Assembly (NCBI GenBank): GCA_023920165.1
Contig: CP089280.1
Coordinates: 2,232,001 to 2,296,000 of the forward strand
DNA from: Curvularia clavata
Lineage: Eukaryota
DNA: 64,000 bases
Direction: 5' to 3'
Shown here one piece after another: positions 1 to 11,560 of this stretch (position 1 is the stretch's first letter; each line of letters opens with the position of its first letter). A program made the position numbers and the translations under genes. Below the pieces are notes generated by a model, which was given only the letters and a program-made list of their open reading frames with translations, was not told where the DNA came from and did not search any database.

Positions 1-2
1 CT

Positions 3-1568
3 AAGGATGGCGGCATTTTGATCTTCCTGCCTGGTACCATGGAGATAGATCGAACACTTCAGGCACTAAGCCAGTTTGCTAATCTGCATGCGCTGCCGCT
101 TCACGCATCGCTTCTTCCGGTTGAACAGAAACGCGTGTTTCCTCCTGCGCCTCATGGCAAACGAAAGGTCATTGCATGTACCAACGTTGCTGAAACATCT
201 ATTACGATTGAAGATATCGTCGCTGTCATTGATACTGGCAGAGTTAAAGAAACAAGCTACGACCCACAGAACAACATGGTCCGTCTAGCTGAGACGTGGG
301 CTTCAAGGGCAGCGTGCAAGCAACGGCGCGGTCGAGCGGGTCGTGTACGAGCAGGTGACTGCTACAAACTATACACCCGAAACGCTGAGGCAAAGATGAT
401 GGAGCGCCCCGATCCCGAGATTCGTCGTGTGCCACTCGAACAGATGTGTCTATCAATCAAGGCCATGGGCGTACAAGATGTTTCCGGATTCCTTGCTTCA
501 GCGCTAACACCGCCGGAGAGTACGGCGGTAGAGGGAGCAGTTCGTATGCTATCTCAGATGGGAGCCATCACTGACGATGAGCTGACTGCTCTCGGTCGTC
601 ACATGTCTATGATACCCGCAGATCTCCGTCTAGGGAAGCTGCTGGTGTATGGTGCAACATTTGGCTGTCTTGAAGCTGCATTGACCATTGCTTCCGTCCT
701 GACTGCACGCAGTCCGTTCATATCACCGCGAGAACGCGATCAAGAAACACGAAACGAGTTTGACCGCCTCCGCTCTTCGTTCTCCAACAACCAAGGCGAC
801 CTCCTGGTGGACCTTCGCGCGTATGAACAATGGGCCGCGCTCCGCAGCAAAGGCATATCATCGCGCGACCTCCGCCTCTGGTGTCAAGACAACCGTCTCT
901 CGCTGCAGACCATGTTCGACATTGCCTCCAACCGCACTCAGTACCTCTCGTCCCTAAAAGAAATTTCCTTCATCCCCACACACTACTCCTCAGCCAATCC
1001 CTCTACCACATCCACCTACAACAAAAACAACACCAACGATGCCCTCCTGCGCGCTCTCATCGCCGGCTCCTTCAATCCCCAGATCGCACGCATACAGCTG
1101 CCCGACAAGAAATTCGCCGCAGGTATAGCCGGCGCCGTCGAACTCGACCCTTCAGCTCGCGAAATCAAATACTTTAACCAAGAAAACGGCCGTGTCTTTG
1201 TGCATCCGTCATCCACGCTGTTCTCTAGCCAGACATTCCCGCACAATGCGTCGTTCATTGCATACTTTAACAAGATGGCAACGAGTAAGGTGTTTATACG
1301 GGATATCACGCCGTTCAATGCGTACAGCTTGCTCATGTTTGCGGGTAAGATCCAGGTCGATACACTGGGGCGCGGGTTGGTAGTGGATGAGTGGATTCGG
1401 CTGAGGGGGTGGGCAAGGATAGGCGTGCTGGTGAGTCGGCTGAGGGGCATGCTAGATAAGGTGTTAGAAGGCATGGTGAAGGAGCCTGGGAAGGGAATTA
1501 GTAAGCGTGAAGAGGAGATTGTAGAGGTGGTGAGGTGGTTGGTTGAGAGGGATGGGTTGGATGCTTGA
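3..1568 (+). CDS. DEAH/RHA-family ATP-dependent RNA helicase (DHX57/YLR419W/Ucp12-like), C-terminal part; 5' end outside window
   Basis: Helicase motifs ILIFLPG, PLHASL, TNVAETSITIED, QRRGRAGRV; HA2 region (LTALGRHMSMIPADLRLGK); OB-like C-terminus (VFVHPSS). Frame open from position 3. Confidence 0.9.
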   Translation, partial: KDGGILIFLPGTMEIDRTLQALSQFANLHALPLHASLLPVEQKRVFPPAPHGKRKVIACTNVAETSITIEDIVAVIDTGRVKETSYDPQNNMVRLAETWASRAACKQRRGRAGRVRAGDCYKLYTRNAEAKMMERPDPEIRRVPLEQMCLSIKAMGVQDVSGFLASALTPPESTAVEGAVRMLSQMGAITDDELTALGRHMSMIPADLRLGKLLVYGATFGCLEAALTIASVLTARSPFISPRERDQETRNEFDRLRSSFSNNQGDLLVDLRAYEQWAALRSKGISSRDLRLWCQDNRLSLQTMFDIASNRTQYLSSLKEISFIPTHYSSANPSTTSTYNKNNTNDALLRALIAGSFNPQIARIQLPDKKFAAGIAGAVELDPSAREIKYFNQENGRVFVHPSSTLFSSQTFPHNASFIAYFNKMATSKVFIRDITPFNAYSLLMFAGKIQVDTLGRGLVVDEWIRLRGWARIGVLVSRLRGMLDKVLEGMVKEPGKGISKREEEIVEVVRWLVERDGLDA

Positions 1569-2372
1569 GGGAAGAGGGCAGTCGTAGAGGTAGACAGCTG
1601 AGATGGTGATAGAGGCAGCTTTTAGATCTCATTACGTTTTTCATTTTGTAGAGAGATGAATCGAGCGCTAAATATGCTCTATAAGGTTACAGCACAAAAG
1701 GTACAACAAAATACATTGCTCGAGCGTCCTCTAGTACCCTCCCACTTTGGCAGCTTTTTCGTACACATGCCTGCACAAAATCTATAAACTCCTTTCTTGT
1801 CTGTTGTGGGATGTACAGACATACGTGACGTACTCAATGGGCTCTTGTCGCATTCTCGTCTTGTAAAGGCAAGAGCTAACAAGAAACACAGTCATACTAG
1901 AAGTTCTGTCTACGTCCCGATTCGTGTCTGACAGCAAGATGGACAAGATGAAGAGTGGAATCGACAAGTGCCGCTTCTCTTGACGATCTTGCATTCGATT
2001 TGGACGTGCTGTGTTGGGGCGAGTGGTCCAGGAGTGTATGCCATAATTTCGCTATAGCCTCAGTCTGAAAACCCGTTTGATTGTACATTCTCTCTTGATG
2101 AACTAGGCCGCTCAACTCAGCAAGTAGGTCCAAGTGCTCATAAAAGACAGATGCATAGTTGCCCGTAGCTCAGGTACGACATATGCATTAATTCAAAGTA
2201 GGCTTGAACCATGTCAAATATCGGCGTGCTAGATGGAAGGTTCGGCTGGGCACCACAGAGAAGTGCAAGTGGGTAGGATCGGCTTGCCAAGTAGACTGAT
2301 ATACTAGGCTTCTTGTTTTGGAGAGTTTGTTGTTACAGGACAATCTTCTCTCTCTCCAGCAGATTCTCATAC

Positions 2373-3559
2373 TCAAACAGCTTTGGGCAACGACCTTGTA
2401 CACCCATAGCAAATATTGCGTTTGGCGCTTTCCGATTCAGCGCCATTGCTATCATGTTGATCACCGCCCCAGCCGTGGATGCCAAAACGGCCTTCAGGAA
2501 CAGGCATACTGCATAGGCTACATTTCGGGTCGGAAAGTGCATCAGGGCGTGCTTGAAGTTTGCCTGTGGTTCGGACGACATTGGCGACGATGCTGGGAAA
2601 GTTCTCTTCAACAGACTCGAAGTACTGCTTCATAAGGTCATCTATGGTCGTGTTTTTGGAGCTCGTCGATGCCTGTGTGGGGCCTGATGATGTCTCGTGT
2701 ATGAGTGAAGCCAGATCGCAGTCGGCCATGTTGACGTAAGAGATGAGTTCTTTCTTGAGAACGTCTCTGAGCGGGTAATGAAACTGGAGCCCAAAGGGGG
2801 ATTCGCCATCAGATATTTGCCAGGGCAGGGAGAAGCCACGGCCTTTTGCTGTTTCAGCGAGCGTCTTTTGAGCCAGAGTGGTGGTGCTGTCACCCCAGAG
2901 GATGCTTTCGCAGTCGGCCAACCTGGCGTGCTCCACGATCAAGCGGGTTCGAAGGGTAGAGATAACGTCGGCACGAGCTGTGGCGGAGGTGAGCGAGTTG
3001 ATCATGTGTGCCAACTGCTCTTCCGGACTCAGTTCAGTCTTGAGTTCGTCCAGAGGTAGCAGTGTCTTGAGGGAAGCATCCTGTGGGACTAGACGGAATA
3101 CATCATGCAAGGACAATGAAGCATATTCATGGTCTGGGTATTGCATTCGGAACTTTTCCAGAAGTGCTTCGGCCTGTGCGGAACTTCCTGGTTCTTGGAC
3201 ATAGACAGCGCTTATTTCAAAGCCAGTCCGTCCAGTCTTGCTCTTCTGAGTCTTGAGATGCAGATCCAAGACATGTAAGAGGGTAACGGATGAAAAGCCA
3301 AAAGACAGGGGTACCAGAACCCTGCGTTGCTTTTCCGCGCCGAAATTGACACGGAACGACTCCAGGCGCTTGATGCATTTGGTGTGGACATAACGGGCGA
3401 AGCAGTCACTATGAGGTCTTAGCGAATTATTCTTTTTCTTCTGCCCAAGTGGCGCAAGACTGACTGGCAGAGGGGCTCAGAGCGCACAACGAGCACGGAA
3501 ACGCCCTTGCATCGCCGGCATGGCTCACCAGAAGCCCCAGTAACGTGTTTGCCTGGCAT
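2373..3559 (-). CDS. NCS2: Cytoplasmic tRNA 2-thiolation protein 2 (Ncs2/Ctu2)
   Basis: ATG 3559 (MPGKHV..CRRCK..VRSEPLC); intron ~3464-3409 (GTCAGT..TAG); exon 2 reads DCFARYVHTK..VPLSFGFSS..WGDSTTTLAQKTLAETAKGRG..YPLRDVLKKE..C-terminal CSLC/CYGC, typical of Ctu2. Confidence 0.88.
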
Positions 3560-3915
3560 ATTAGCGTATTCGGAGTTGGTGGTGTTGGTATTGCAATGGT
3601 TGTGTAGGGCTGACTCGTCTGGTGTGTGAGGATTGCGGGCGGGACTGCGCCACACAACGCTTCACCCTGCTCGGCGCCACAAAACGGTTACGCGCTAAGC
3701 CCGTGCTGCCGGGAAGGCGGAGCTGGGGGTCATGGACGAACGCGCAATCCAAACTGCCACGGATGCACGCCTAACTTGCGCCCATGACCCATCGTTGACC
3801 GTTACGTGAGGAACAAGGAGTTTCGCCGACCCGATTCGCACTGCAATTCCTGGCCTGAAGCGCCGTCGTCTCTTAGCCGTCAGCTCCGCCAGCTGGCCTT
3901 TCATCTCTGGGTAAG

Positions 3916-5797
3916 ATGAGGGCAGGGCTGCGCCAGATCGCGCTGCTGCTGCTGGCCACAGTCACTGCAGTAGCAGCAATAGACGTTACTCTGGTAACGT
4001 TTCCCTCGGATTGCATTCCGTGCATTACTGATACGTCTCCAGAATCAAAATGATCGCCAAAAATGCTCAGGCATGTACAGCAAGAAGGCATGGGGTGGAA
4101 AGGTCGATCCGTTCATACTTGTCAAGTTCATAAAAGACCCAAAGAAGAACGAGGGGATTGAGAACCCCATAGTCAGTGTGGTAGTGTGGGAGTGGAAAGA
4201 CACGTTGCTTCTGGGCGCACCCTCCGACTTGCCCGTGAACGATGTTTGTACTTGGTAACCTGATCCTGCGAAAGTTGGCTGACTTGGACACAGGAAAACC
4301 GTCATTACATTTGTGACGACGAATCAATCAAGCTGAAACTATGCAACGAGACACACAAAGGCGAATGGGTGCTCGCTCAAGACGTCGACAACATTTCGCA
4401 AATGTACATCCGAACCGCCGCCGTAAACCTCAACGACCCCAAGCCCATCAACTATCCCGTTTCCGCCGGAGATAAGAAGATCTCAATAAAGACAGGATAC
4501 TACTGTGTGGCAGCGGCAGCCCAAGACAGCCGACTAGAATACGAGGCCATTGTGACTTTCCGGAACGCGTACGGTGAACTCCAGGCAGCCCAGATTCCGA
4601 AATTGCCCTTCTACGGCGGCATTACAATCGTCTACTTTGTTGTACTGGCATTCTGGGGCTTCCTCTATTTCCAAAACAGGCACGATATCCTTGCCGTTCA
4701 GAACTACATCACCGCTATCCTTGTTTTCCTGGTCTTGGAGATGCTCATGACTTGGGGATACTACGACTACCAAAATCGTCATGGCAACAATGTCGGCGCC
4801 AAAGCACTCATGATCATTGTTGCTGTTTTGAACGCTTTCCGCAACTCGTTCTCGTTCTTTTTGCTTCTCATTGTATGCATGGGTTATGGTGTCGTCAAGC
4901 CTACCCTTGGAAAGACTATGATGGTCGTCCGTTGGCTTGCTGTAGCGCACTTTATTTTCGGCGTCATCTATGCCGTCGCATCGCTCACTGTTCGCCCAGA
5001 TGACGCTGGCCCTATCGTCTTGCTCGTTATCCTGCCACTTTCCGCTACCCTCACGGCTTTTTACATCTGGACTTTGAATTCGCTTAACCTCACCATGAAA
5101 GACCTTATGGAGCGAAAACAACACGTCAAGGCCACCATGTACAAGCGGTTATGGTGGTGCATTTTGACAAGCATCATCGTCATCTTCGGCTTCTTCTTTA
5201 TCAACAGCTTTACTTTTGCTGGCGCTTCGACGCCAGACTTTGCGCCAACCCACTGGCAAACTCGATGGTTCGTGCTTGATGGGTGGCTGAACCTGGTGTA
5301 CTTGGCTGATGTATGCTTCGTCGCATACATGTGGAGGCCGACGGCAAACAATAGGAGATTCGCCATGAGTGATGAGGCAAGTCTGCATAAGCCGTGTGTT
5401 TCTCAAATAGATACTAACTTTCTCCCAGATTGCTCAGGATGACGAGGGCTTTGAGATCGCTTCACTCAGGGACTCTTTGGACGAGGAAGAAGGAGGTCCG
5501 AACCAATCTGGTGCATACGATCCAGTACAAAGATCGAATAACAACCATGCACGAGATGCATCGCCGCTGCCCGCACCACAGCCACAGAAGCCTATTCATC
5601 CTCCCAGAGAAAGTCTTGATGGAGACACAATCTTTGCTGTCGGTGAGGACGACAAGTGGAGCAGCGATGGAAGTGAGGAGGAAAGTGAAGAAGAGAGCGA
5701 CGATGATAGCGATGAAGACAGTGATGACTCAGGTCCTGGAAACTCAAAGGGAGGGAAGAACGAGCGTTCGAGATTGACTGGCAAAAAAGATGATTAG
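3916..5797 (+). CDS. PTM1: PTM1/GPR107-like 'lung seven-transmembrane receptor' (GOST) membrane protein
   Basis: Signal peptide MRAGLRQIALLLLATVTAVAA; CSGMYSKKAWGG; FRNAYGEL..KLPFYG; LLIVCMGYGVVKPTLG; WRPTANNRRFAMSDE; acidic tail. Introns ~3994-4042, ~4244-4293 and 5377-5428 (GC-AG). Confidence 0.88.
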
Positions 5798-6096
5798 ATG
5801 TTGGTTGACCACATTGATGATCCGGATTTCATAAGCTGTCGCTTTCAGCACTGGCGTTCATTGGAGAGCGATACATCTTCGCATGGGTTAGCGGGTGGCA
5901 TGTATCCTGTATAGTTTTTCAGTATTTGAACAACTCGCCTTCGCAACATTGCAATCGTGTCTTCTTGCTTTGTTAACACGAATTGCATTCACATGGAAAC
6001 GTCAAGTCGTTAAGTCCGTAAACGCCGAGCCATCTCGGACATGTCGTCAGAGCTCTCTGCTGCGTCTCCGAACCTCATCCACGTTCGAACAACACC

Positions 6097-7356
6097 ATGG
6101 CGGCTCCATCTCTAGGCGCACACGTCCGCAATGCGAGATTTGTATGCGCCACATGTCGTACGAGCCTACGATCCATACACAAGTCAGCTTTCGGCACGCG
6201 ATATCTCAGCAACACAGCGTCTTCGCAAAGTGAAGACTCATACCAATTGACGTCGCATTCATATTTTCGAGGCCAAGCTACCGCCCTGACTAGAAAATTT
6301 CATTTGGCTCAGAGTAATATTGGATACCGTCAATATTCGACATCCAGTCAAGCGACACAGGTCGCAAGCTCAGGCTTTGCGCCACTTCCACACCGGCGTT
6401 TAGTCTCTCTCTCCGGCCCTGATACCGCAAAGTTTCTGCAGGGCCTGATCACAAATAATGTCGATCCAAGCCATCAATCATCTTTCTACTCTGCTTTTCT
6501 TGATGCGCGGGGAAGAGTGCTATGGGATGTTTTTGTGTGGGTGTGGCCGGAGCTTGTGGCGGAGAAAGGACATTGGGCATGCTACGTCGAAGTCGACGGG
6601 GCCGAGATGGAGGCTCTGAAAAAGCACTTGAAACGCCACAAGCTGAGAAGCAAGATTCAAATCGAGGATGTGAGCGAAGACCAGGTTCGTGTGTGGTCAG
6701 CTTGGGGATCTGCGATTGAGCAAACCAACACCGAAGGCCTCATTGCTCATCTGAAGGATCCGCGTGCACCACAAATGCATCGATACCTTGTTAGCGCAAA
6801 TTCCCAAACAATAGTGCAAGGAGCGCAGCCAGCAGACATTCAGGATTATCACCTTCAGCGCTACCGAAACGGCGTTCCAGAAGGGCAGATCGAGATACCT
6901 CGGGAAAGCGCTCTTCCAATGGAATGCAACATCGACCTCTGTCAAGGAATAGATTTCAAGAAAGGCTGCTATGTTGGTCAAGAGCTTACTATTCGCACGA
7001 AACATACGGGCATTGTACGAAAGCGCATCCTACCAGTCGAACTCTACTCTGCCGCTAGTTCGGCTGCTTTTCCTGAGCCTGGAACCGACATAAAGCAGCT
7101 CGATGAAAGTGGCAATATCAAGAAAGGACGTGCGACTGGCAAATTCGTGGCTGGCATCGGCAGCGTGGGACTTGCTATGTGTCGGTTGGAGAACATGACC
7201 CATATGAAAGTTAGTGCTGAAGGAGGCACATGGAAGCCTGGAATGGAGTTTGGGTGTGAAACGAAGGATGGGGTTGTCAAGATCAAGCCATTGCTGTACG
7301 ATTGGTTTGTGTTGAGAGAAAGGGAATTGTGGGATAAGAACAGGCAGAGGCTGTAA
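6097..7356 (+). CDS. IBA57: Mitochondrial Fe-S assembly factor Iba57/Caf17 (GcvT/YgfZ family)
   Basis: Signature KGCYVGQELT; GPDTAKFLQGLITN; Arg/Ser-rich N-terminal presequence; intronless ORF. Confidence 0.92.
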   Translation: MAAPSLGAHVRNARFVCATCRTSLRSIHKSAFGTRYLSNTASSQSEDSYQLTSHSYFRGQATALTRKFHLAQSNIGYRQYSTSSQATQVASSGFAPLPHRRLVSLSGPDTAKFLQGLITNNVDPSHQSSFYSAFLDARGRVLWDVFVWVWPELVAEKGHWACYVEVDGAEMEALKKHLKRHKLRSKIQIEDVSEDQVRVWSAWGSAIEQTNTEGLIAHLKDPRAPQMHRYLVSANSQTIVQGAQPADIQDYHLQRYRNGVPEGQIEIPRESALPMECNIDLCQGIDFKKGCYVGQELTIRTKHTGIVRKRILPVELYSAASSAAFPEPGTDIKQLDESGNIKKGRATGKFVAGIGSVGLAMCRLENMTHMKVSAEGGTWKPGMEFGCETKDGVVKIKPLLYDWFVLRERELWDKNRQRL

Positions 7357-7683
7357 GGGATAGCTGAATTCAATTCGAGAGACCATCATAAAGCCTTGCA
7401 TCAGCGGTGTCCATTTGAGTGATTCTTGTATTTCCATTATAGTAATGCACATGGTGTGCCTAGCGTGACTGGAGGGCTTACTGGAGGGGCTGTGCAATCG
7501 TGGCTTGGCTTCGTATACATAACGTCACGCGCCTCTACTTCAACACCACCTCTTGATATTGTCGCACCTCTCCTATGATAACGTTGTCTCAAATTTTCTT
7601 GGTTGATTGCATTTGAGCGGCCTTTTCGCATTCGATAAAGTTGCGGGCTATCCTTCAAGAGGCGAAAGCTACAGTGCGAAAAC

Positions 7684-8862
7684 ATGGCTACCACGCTGGG
7701 CCCAAAGTCATCTGAACCACACTTTTCCGTCTCCAACATCATCTCACGTCTGCGTTCAAAGAAACATACGGATTCAAAACGTCAACTTCCGCAGCAGCAA
7801 CAGCAGCCAGAACCACAACCGCAAAACACAAGACCACCTCTCATACATGCGCCTGTTCCTCTCGTCCTCCCAGAGCACCAGCATGCCTTGTTCGAACTTG
7901 GCTGGACTACAATCACGTTCCCGGAGACTTCCAGAGAACCTGAGTCTTCAGAATCTGGCTTCAGCGCCCCGCCACTAAAACCACACCCACTCGAAACCGC
8001 CTACCAAGACCTCTTCACAGCCAGCCAAGCCTTCTTCAACCTGCCCGACGAGGAAAAGCAGCAGTGGACGCACCGTCTCGGTCCCGAAGAGGGCTGGTCC
8101 AGGGTTCCAGGCGAAAAAGAATTCGTCACTCTGCGCACGCTGGCTTATTGTCCCGACGTCTTACGCGCGCCTGCGCAGCGGTACTGGGATCTTATGGGAC
8201 AGTACTGCTCAAATACCCTTGGCCGTGTATCTATGGCGCTCGGGCTACCTGATGGCGAAGATGAGGGGCTCAGACGATTTGTGGGGCCGTGTGCGAAGAT
8301 GCCCGAGGAAGACGATGGTAAGACGGCTACGATGCTGAGGTTGTTTAGGTATGAGGGGTGGGAAGAGAAGGTTGTTGCTGAGGCGCATGCGGATTTGGGG
8401 TTGGTCAGTGTGGTTGTTGGAGATACGCCCGGGCTGGAGGTTTGGGACGGGGCTGGGTGGTTCGATGTGGAGAGGGAGGTAGAGAGGAGCGGTCGAAAGG
8501 GTGCTTCGATGCTGTTTGGACGGCAGTTGGCGAGGCTAGCAAATGGTAGGTTGAAGGCGGGTGGGCACAGAGTTGTGGCGTATGGAAAACCGCAGATGCA
8601 AACTTCTCAGGCTGAAGATTCTGCGGAGAAGAAGTACCGCCACTCGATCGTTTTCGTGCTGCGCGCTCATGAACCTACACTCCTCGATTCGGATGCACTT
8701 GAAACACCCATTACGGGGAAGTGGGCGCAGCCGATGAAGGATACCACTGCAGGCGCACTATATCAGGCGATTAAGAGCCAGTGTTTCAACATCAATATCG
8801 ATAAAGAGGTAAGAGATGCTCAAAAGAAGAGGTTAGCTGAGGGGAAAGAGAGTGGGAGGTGA
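7684..8862 (+). CDS. 2-oxoglutarate/Fe(II)-dependent oxygenase (IPNS/clavaminate-synthase-like fold)
   Basis: SQAFFNLPDEEK; LRLFRY; HAD (EAHADLG); GLEV; distal His (GGHRVV); R-x-S (RHSIVF). Confidence 0.8.
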   Translation: MATTLGPKSSEPHFSVSNIISRLRSKKHTDSKRQLPQQQQQPEPQPQNTRPPLIHAPVPLVLPEHQHALFELGWTTITFPETSREPESSESGFSAPPLKPHPLETAYQDLFTASQAFFNLPDEEKQQWTHRLGPEEGWSRVPGEKEFVTLRTLAYCPDVLRAPAQRYWDLMGQYCSNTLGRVSMALGLPDGEDEGLRRFVGPCAKMPEEDDGKTATMLRLFRYEGWEEKVVAEAHADLGLVSVVVGDTPGLEVWDGAGWFDVEREVERSGRKGASMLFGRQLARLANGRLKAGGHRVVAYGKPQMQTSQAEDSAEKKYRHSIVFVLRAHEPTLLDSDALETPITGKWAQPMKDTTAGALYQAIKSQCFNINIDKEVRDAQKKRLAEGKESGR

Positions 8863-9790
8863 GGGCTGGACAAGGGGTTTCGGGCAAGTGTCTTCACTAT
8901 CATCTTATCTTATTTCGACGGAGGGCGTTTCACGTCCATAGACTACTAGATATCCTCTTTCCTTCTGCACCAGAATGACATTCAATTTGCCGCTTTTGGT
9001 CTTATTCATACTGCTGATCTAGCTGACAGTCAAGCCTTGGTGCCAGGCACTCGTGTAAAGAGTGGAAACAGGCTTGCTAGGTCATTTGGCTGAAGTACTG
9101 TCCTAGAAAGAGGCGGTGCTTGAGGTGTTAGTAAATACTAAAGCATAGGGAGACAGAAGGCTGAAAGGGGGTGGCGGCGCATTGAGGCTATGCGCAAAGC
9201 ACGGAAGGCTGATAGAAATCGTAGGCAGCAACACTCAGGAAATTAGAAGAGTATATGGAGGATGTTTTGGGGTCTCAACCATGGGCGGTCTTTCGCGCAC
9301 CGATTGCTGACAGCAAGATACTATAAGTTTGAAAATCAACGGCTAACAGACCCGTGTTTTCCAAGTCACTAAAGAAGCTCAGAGAGCTGGAAGACCAGTG
9401 TCACGATACTCACTGAGTAGGACCGACTTTGATCCTGTTGCGGCTAGCGTATTGTGGCTGCTGTGACGGATCATGGCGGCCTTCAAGCGGTCAATTACTT
9501 GAATACATTCATTTCTATCGCCGAAATGGATATTTGATAAGCGTTAGACCAATACCTGTCATATCCATGCTTGGAACAGCCTGTTTGTGTCTAGATTTTG
9601 GCTGCGCATCTCATATACGCTTGCTCAGCCTCGTGGAAATAAGGAAAGGCGCACTTGGGCCGCAGCATTCCGATACTGCTTGCATGTTCATTTCACCCTT
9701 CTCTTCTCGACACCATCGAGACTTACAGCTAGCTTCTTTGTCGCCGGATTTATCTCGACAGAAGAGTGGTCTCTGGTCCTCAGACTCAAG

Positions 9791-11560
9791 ATGACCACCG
9801 GAACCCCGCTGCCTGCTTTCGAGCACGAACCACTTCCCGAACACACCTCACACTTCCGACTCCTGCACATAATCCGTGGCGAATACGGGCAGCACGTCGA
9901 GTGTGAGATCTCGGCTTGGCCTATTGATAACGCACCGCCATACTTTGCGATATCATATACCTGGGGCGATCCGGCCGACACGGCTGAGATCACTGTCAAC
10001 GGAAGGCCTTTAGTCGTGCGACGCAACTGCGAATATGTTCTCCAGCAAGCTTTTGCAACCAAGTCAAGTAAATATTTCTGGATCGACGCCATCTGTATTG
10101 CACAGACGACAGAAGAAAAGAATCATCAGGTCGGGATCATGGGCCAAATCTATTCGAGAGCGTATCACGTTCTGGCATGTGTTGGACCCCACCACAACGA
10201 TAGCGAGTTCCTTCCAGAGGCTATCAAAGCACATTGTTCATTGATCAGAAAGATTCGCCACCGGCAGATGCCGTGGGATGAGACGTGGGAAAATCCGATT
10301 AATAGAAGCTGGAGACTACAGATTCGTTGCATTTTCCGCATTGAAACCGAGACACGTCGAAGGATCTTCCAGTCATTGTGTTCATTTATGAGGAGAACTT
10401 ACTTTCGACGTCTGTGGATAATTCAAGAGCTGCATTTAGCACGAAGTGTGTCATATTGCTTTGGGACAGCTGTAGAGGCGGCCGGAGACCTTCTTGCCCT
10501 GTACCAGCTTCTAATCATTTGGGCAGACGATGACCCTTTTCTTTGGTCCTGGCCGGTACGGTCACTTGCAACACTTGCCCGATCCACACTAGCACGTTCT
10601 CGAGCAATAATTTCACTGGCAATGGAACCAACATTTTCAGACATCTACCCTCTGTCTTTCCGCTTGAAGTTCGCCTGCACAACAAGAAAACAAAAAGTCG
10701 AGGATATACTGCTGGATCCCAATCTGCAGTGCGGTGATCCCCGAGATCGTTTGTTTGGTGTTTTGTCTGTTGTTCATCAGGAACATCGAGATGTCCCCAA
10801 GCCAGATTATACGAAGGACCTTTTCGAGGTTGCACTGGACGCTCTAAAGCTTATTTACCAAACGCATCGGATCAGAAATGACCGTTTCTGTGCAAAAAGG
10901 TTGTGCCATAGCTTCCATATCACTGGAGAAGAGGCATCTCTTCGTCGCGCCCTCAATTTGCGCTCTGGTAGACCAGCAAGAAGTGCCATATCAAAGAATA
11001 GTGACGCCACTCATATTAAAGAAAAAGTGGCCCCATACATATGGGGGGCTACTCCAATATATCGGACTAGGGAAGACCCGATGCCGTCTGGGCTGTCATA
11101 TGATGGCTTTTGGAAAATGGACGTGTCAGTGCAAGAGCAACAAGAGTACTGCATCCTGAAGTTCAAGAATGGTCCGGCCACGACATCGACATTGGCACCT
11201 CTTGGTACGAGGCATGGTGACGTGTGGTTATTCAATGGTGCAGGAAACGCAAAAGGAAGCCCGTCTATAGGCTTGATAGTCAGGCCATCAGAAAGCGGCA
11301 GATACGAGTTGATAGGGCCGACATATCCCGTCAGAATTGACGAAGAATTGCCACCATTCTACACTCTTGATAGCTTCACCGGTTTCTGGTACCCAGAGGA
11401 TCTTCTACTTTTCGGATGGACTCTGGGAGAGCTTGAGTTGCATGAGACTACGCAAGGTCAAATGATTAAGTTTGTCAATCAGCGGATTTGTGCATGGGAA
11501 GGTTCTTCATACTTTGAAAAGCAGGCTAGAATCCGGTACCCCCTTTTAAAGGTTGATTAG
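9791..11560 (+). CDS. HET-domain (heterokaryon incompatibility, HET-6-like) protein
   Basis: FRLLHI, YFAISYTWG, FWIDAICIAQ, EKNHQVGIMGQIYSRA, YFRRLWIIQEL, CGDPRDRLFG. Probable start ATG 9791 (MTTGTP). Confidence 0.88.
   Translation: MTTGTPLPAFEHEPLPEHTSHFRLLHIIRGEYGQHVECEISAWPIDNAPPYFAISYTWGDPADTAEITVNGRPLVVRRNCEYVLQQAFATKSSKYFWIDAICIAQTTEEKNHQVGIMGQIYSRAYHVLACVGPHHNDSEFLPEAIKAHCSLIRKIRHRQMPWDETWENPINRSWRLQIRCIFRIETETRRRIFQSLCSFMRRTYFRRLWIIQELHLARSVSYCFGTAVEAAGDLLALYQLLIIWADDDPFLWSWPVRSLATLARSTLARSRAIISLAMEPTFSDIYPLSFRLKFACTTRKQKVEDILLDPNLQCGDPRDRLFGVLSVVHQEHRDVPKPDYTKDLFEVALDALKLIYQTHRIRNDRFCAKRLCHSFHITGEEASLRRALNLRSGRPARSAISKNSDATHIKEKVAPYIWGATPIYRTREDPMPSGLSYDGFWKMDVSVQEQQEYCILKFKNGPATTSTLAPLGTRHGDVWLFNGAGNAKGSPSIGLIVRPSESGRYELIGPTYPVRIDEELPPFYTLDSFTGFWYPEDLLLFGWTLGELELHETTQGQMIKFVNQRICAWEGSSYFEKQARIRYPLLKVD

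Noticed and set aside
1897..2213. Protein-like minus-strand fragment (..LDLLAELSGLVHQERMYNQ..) between the helicase and NCS2
   Set aside because: No in-frame ATG or convincing splice signals and no recognisable family; may be a relic but not supportable.
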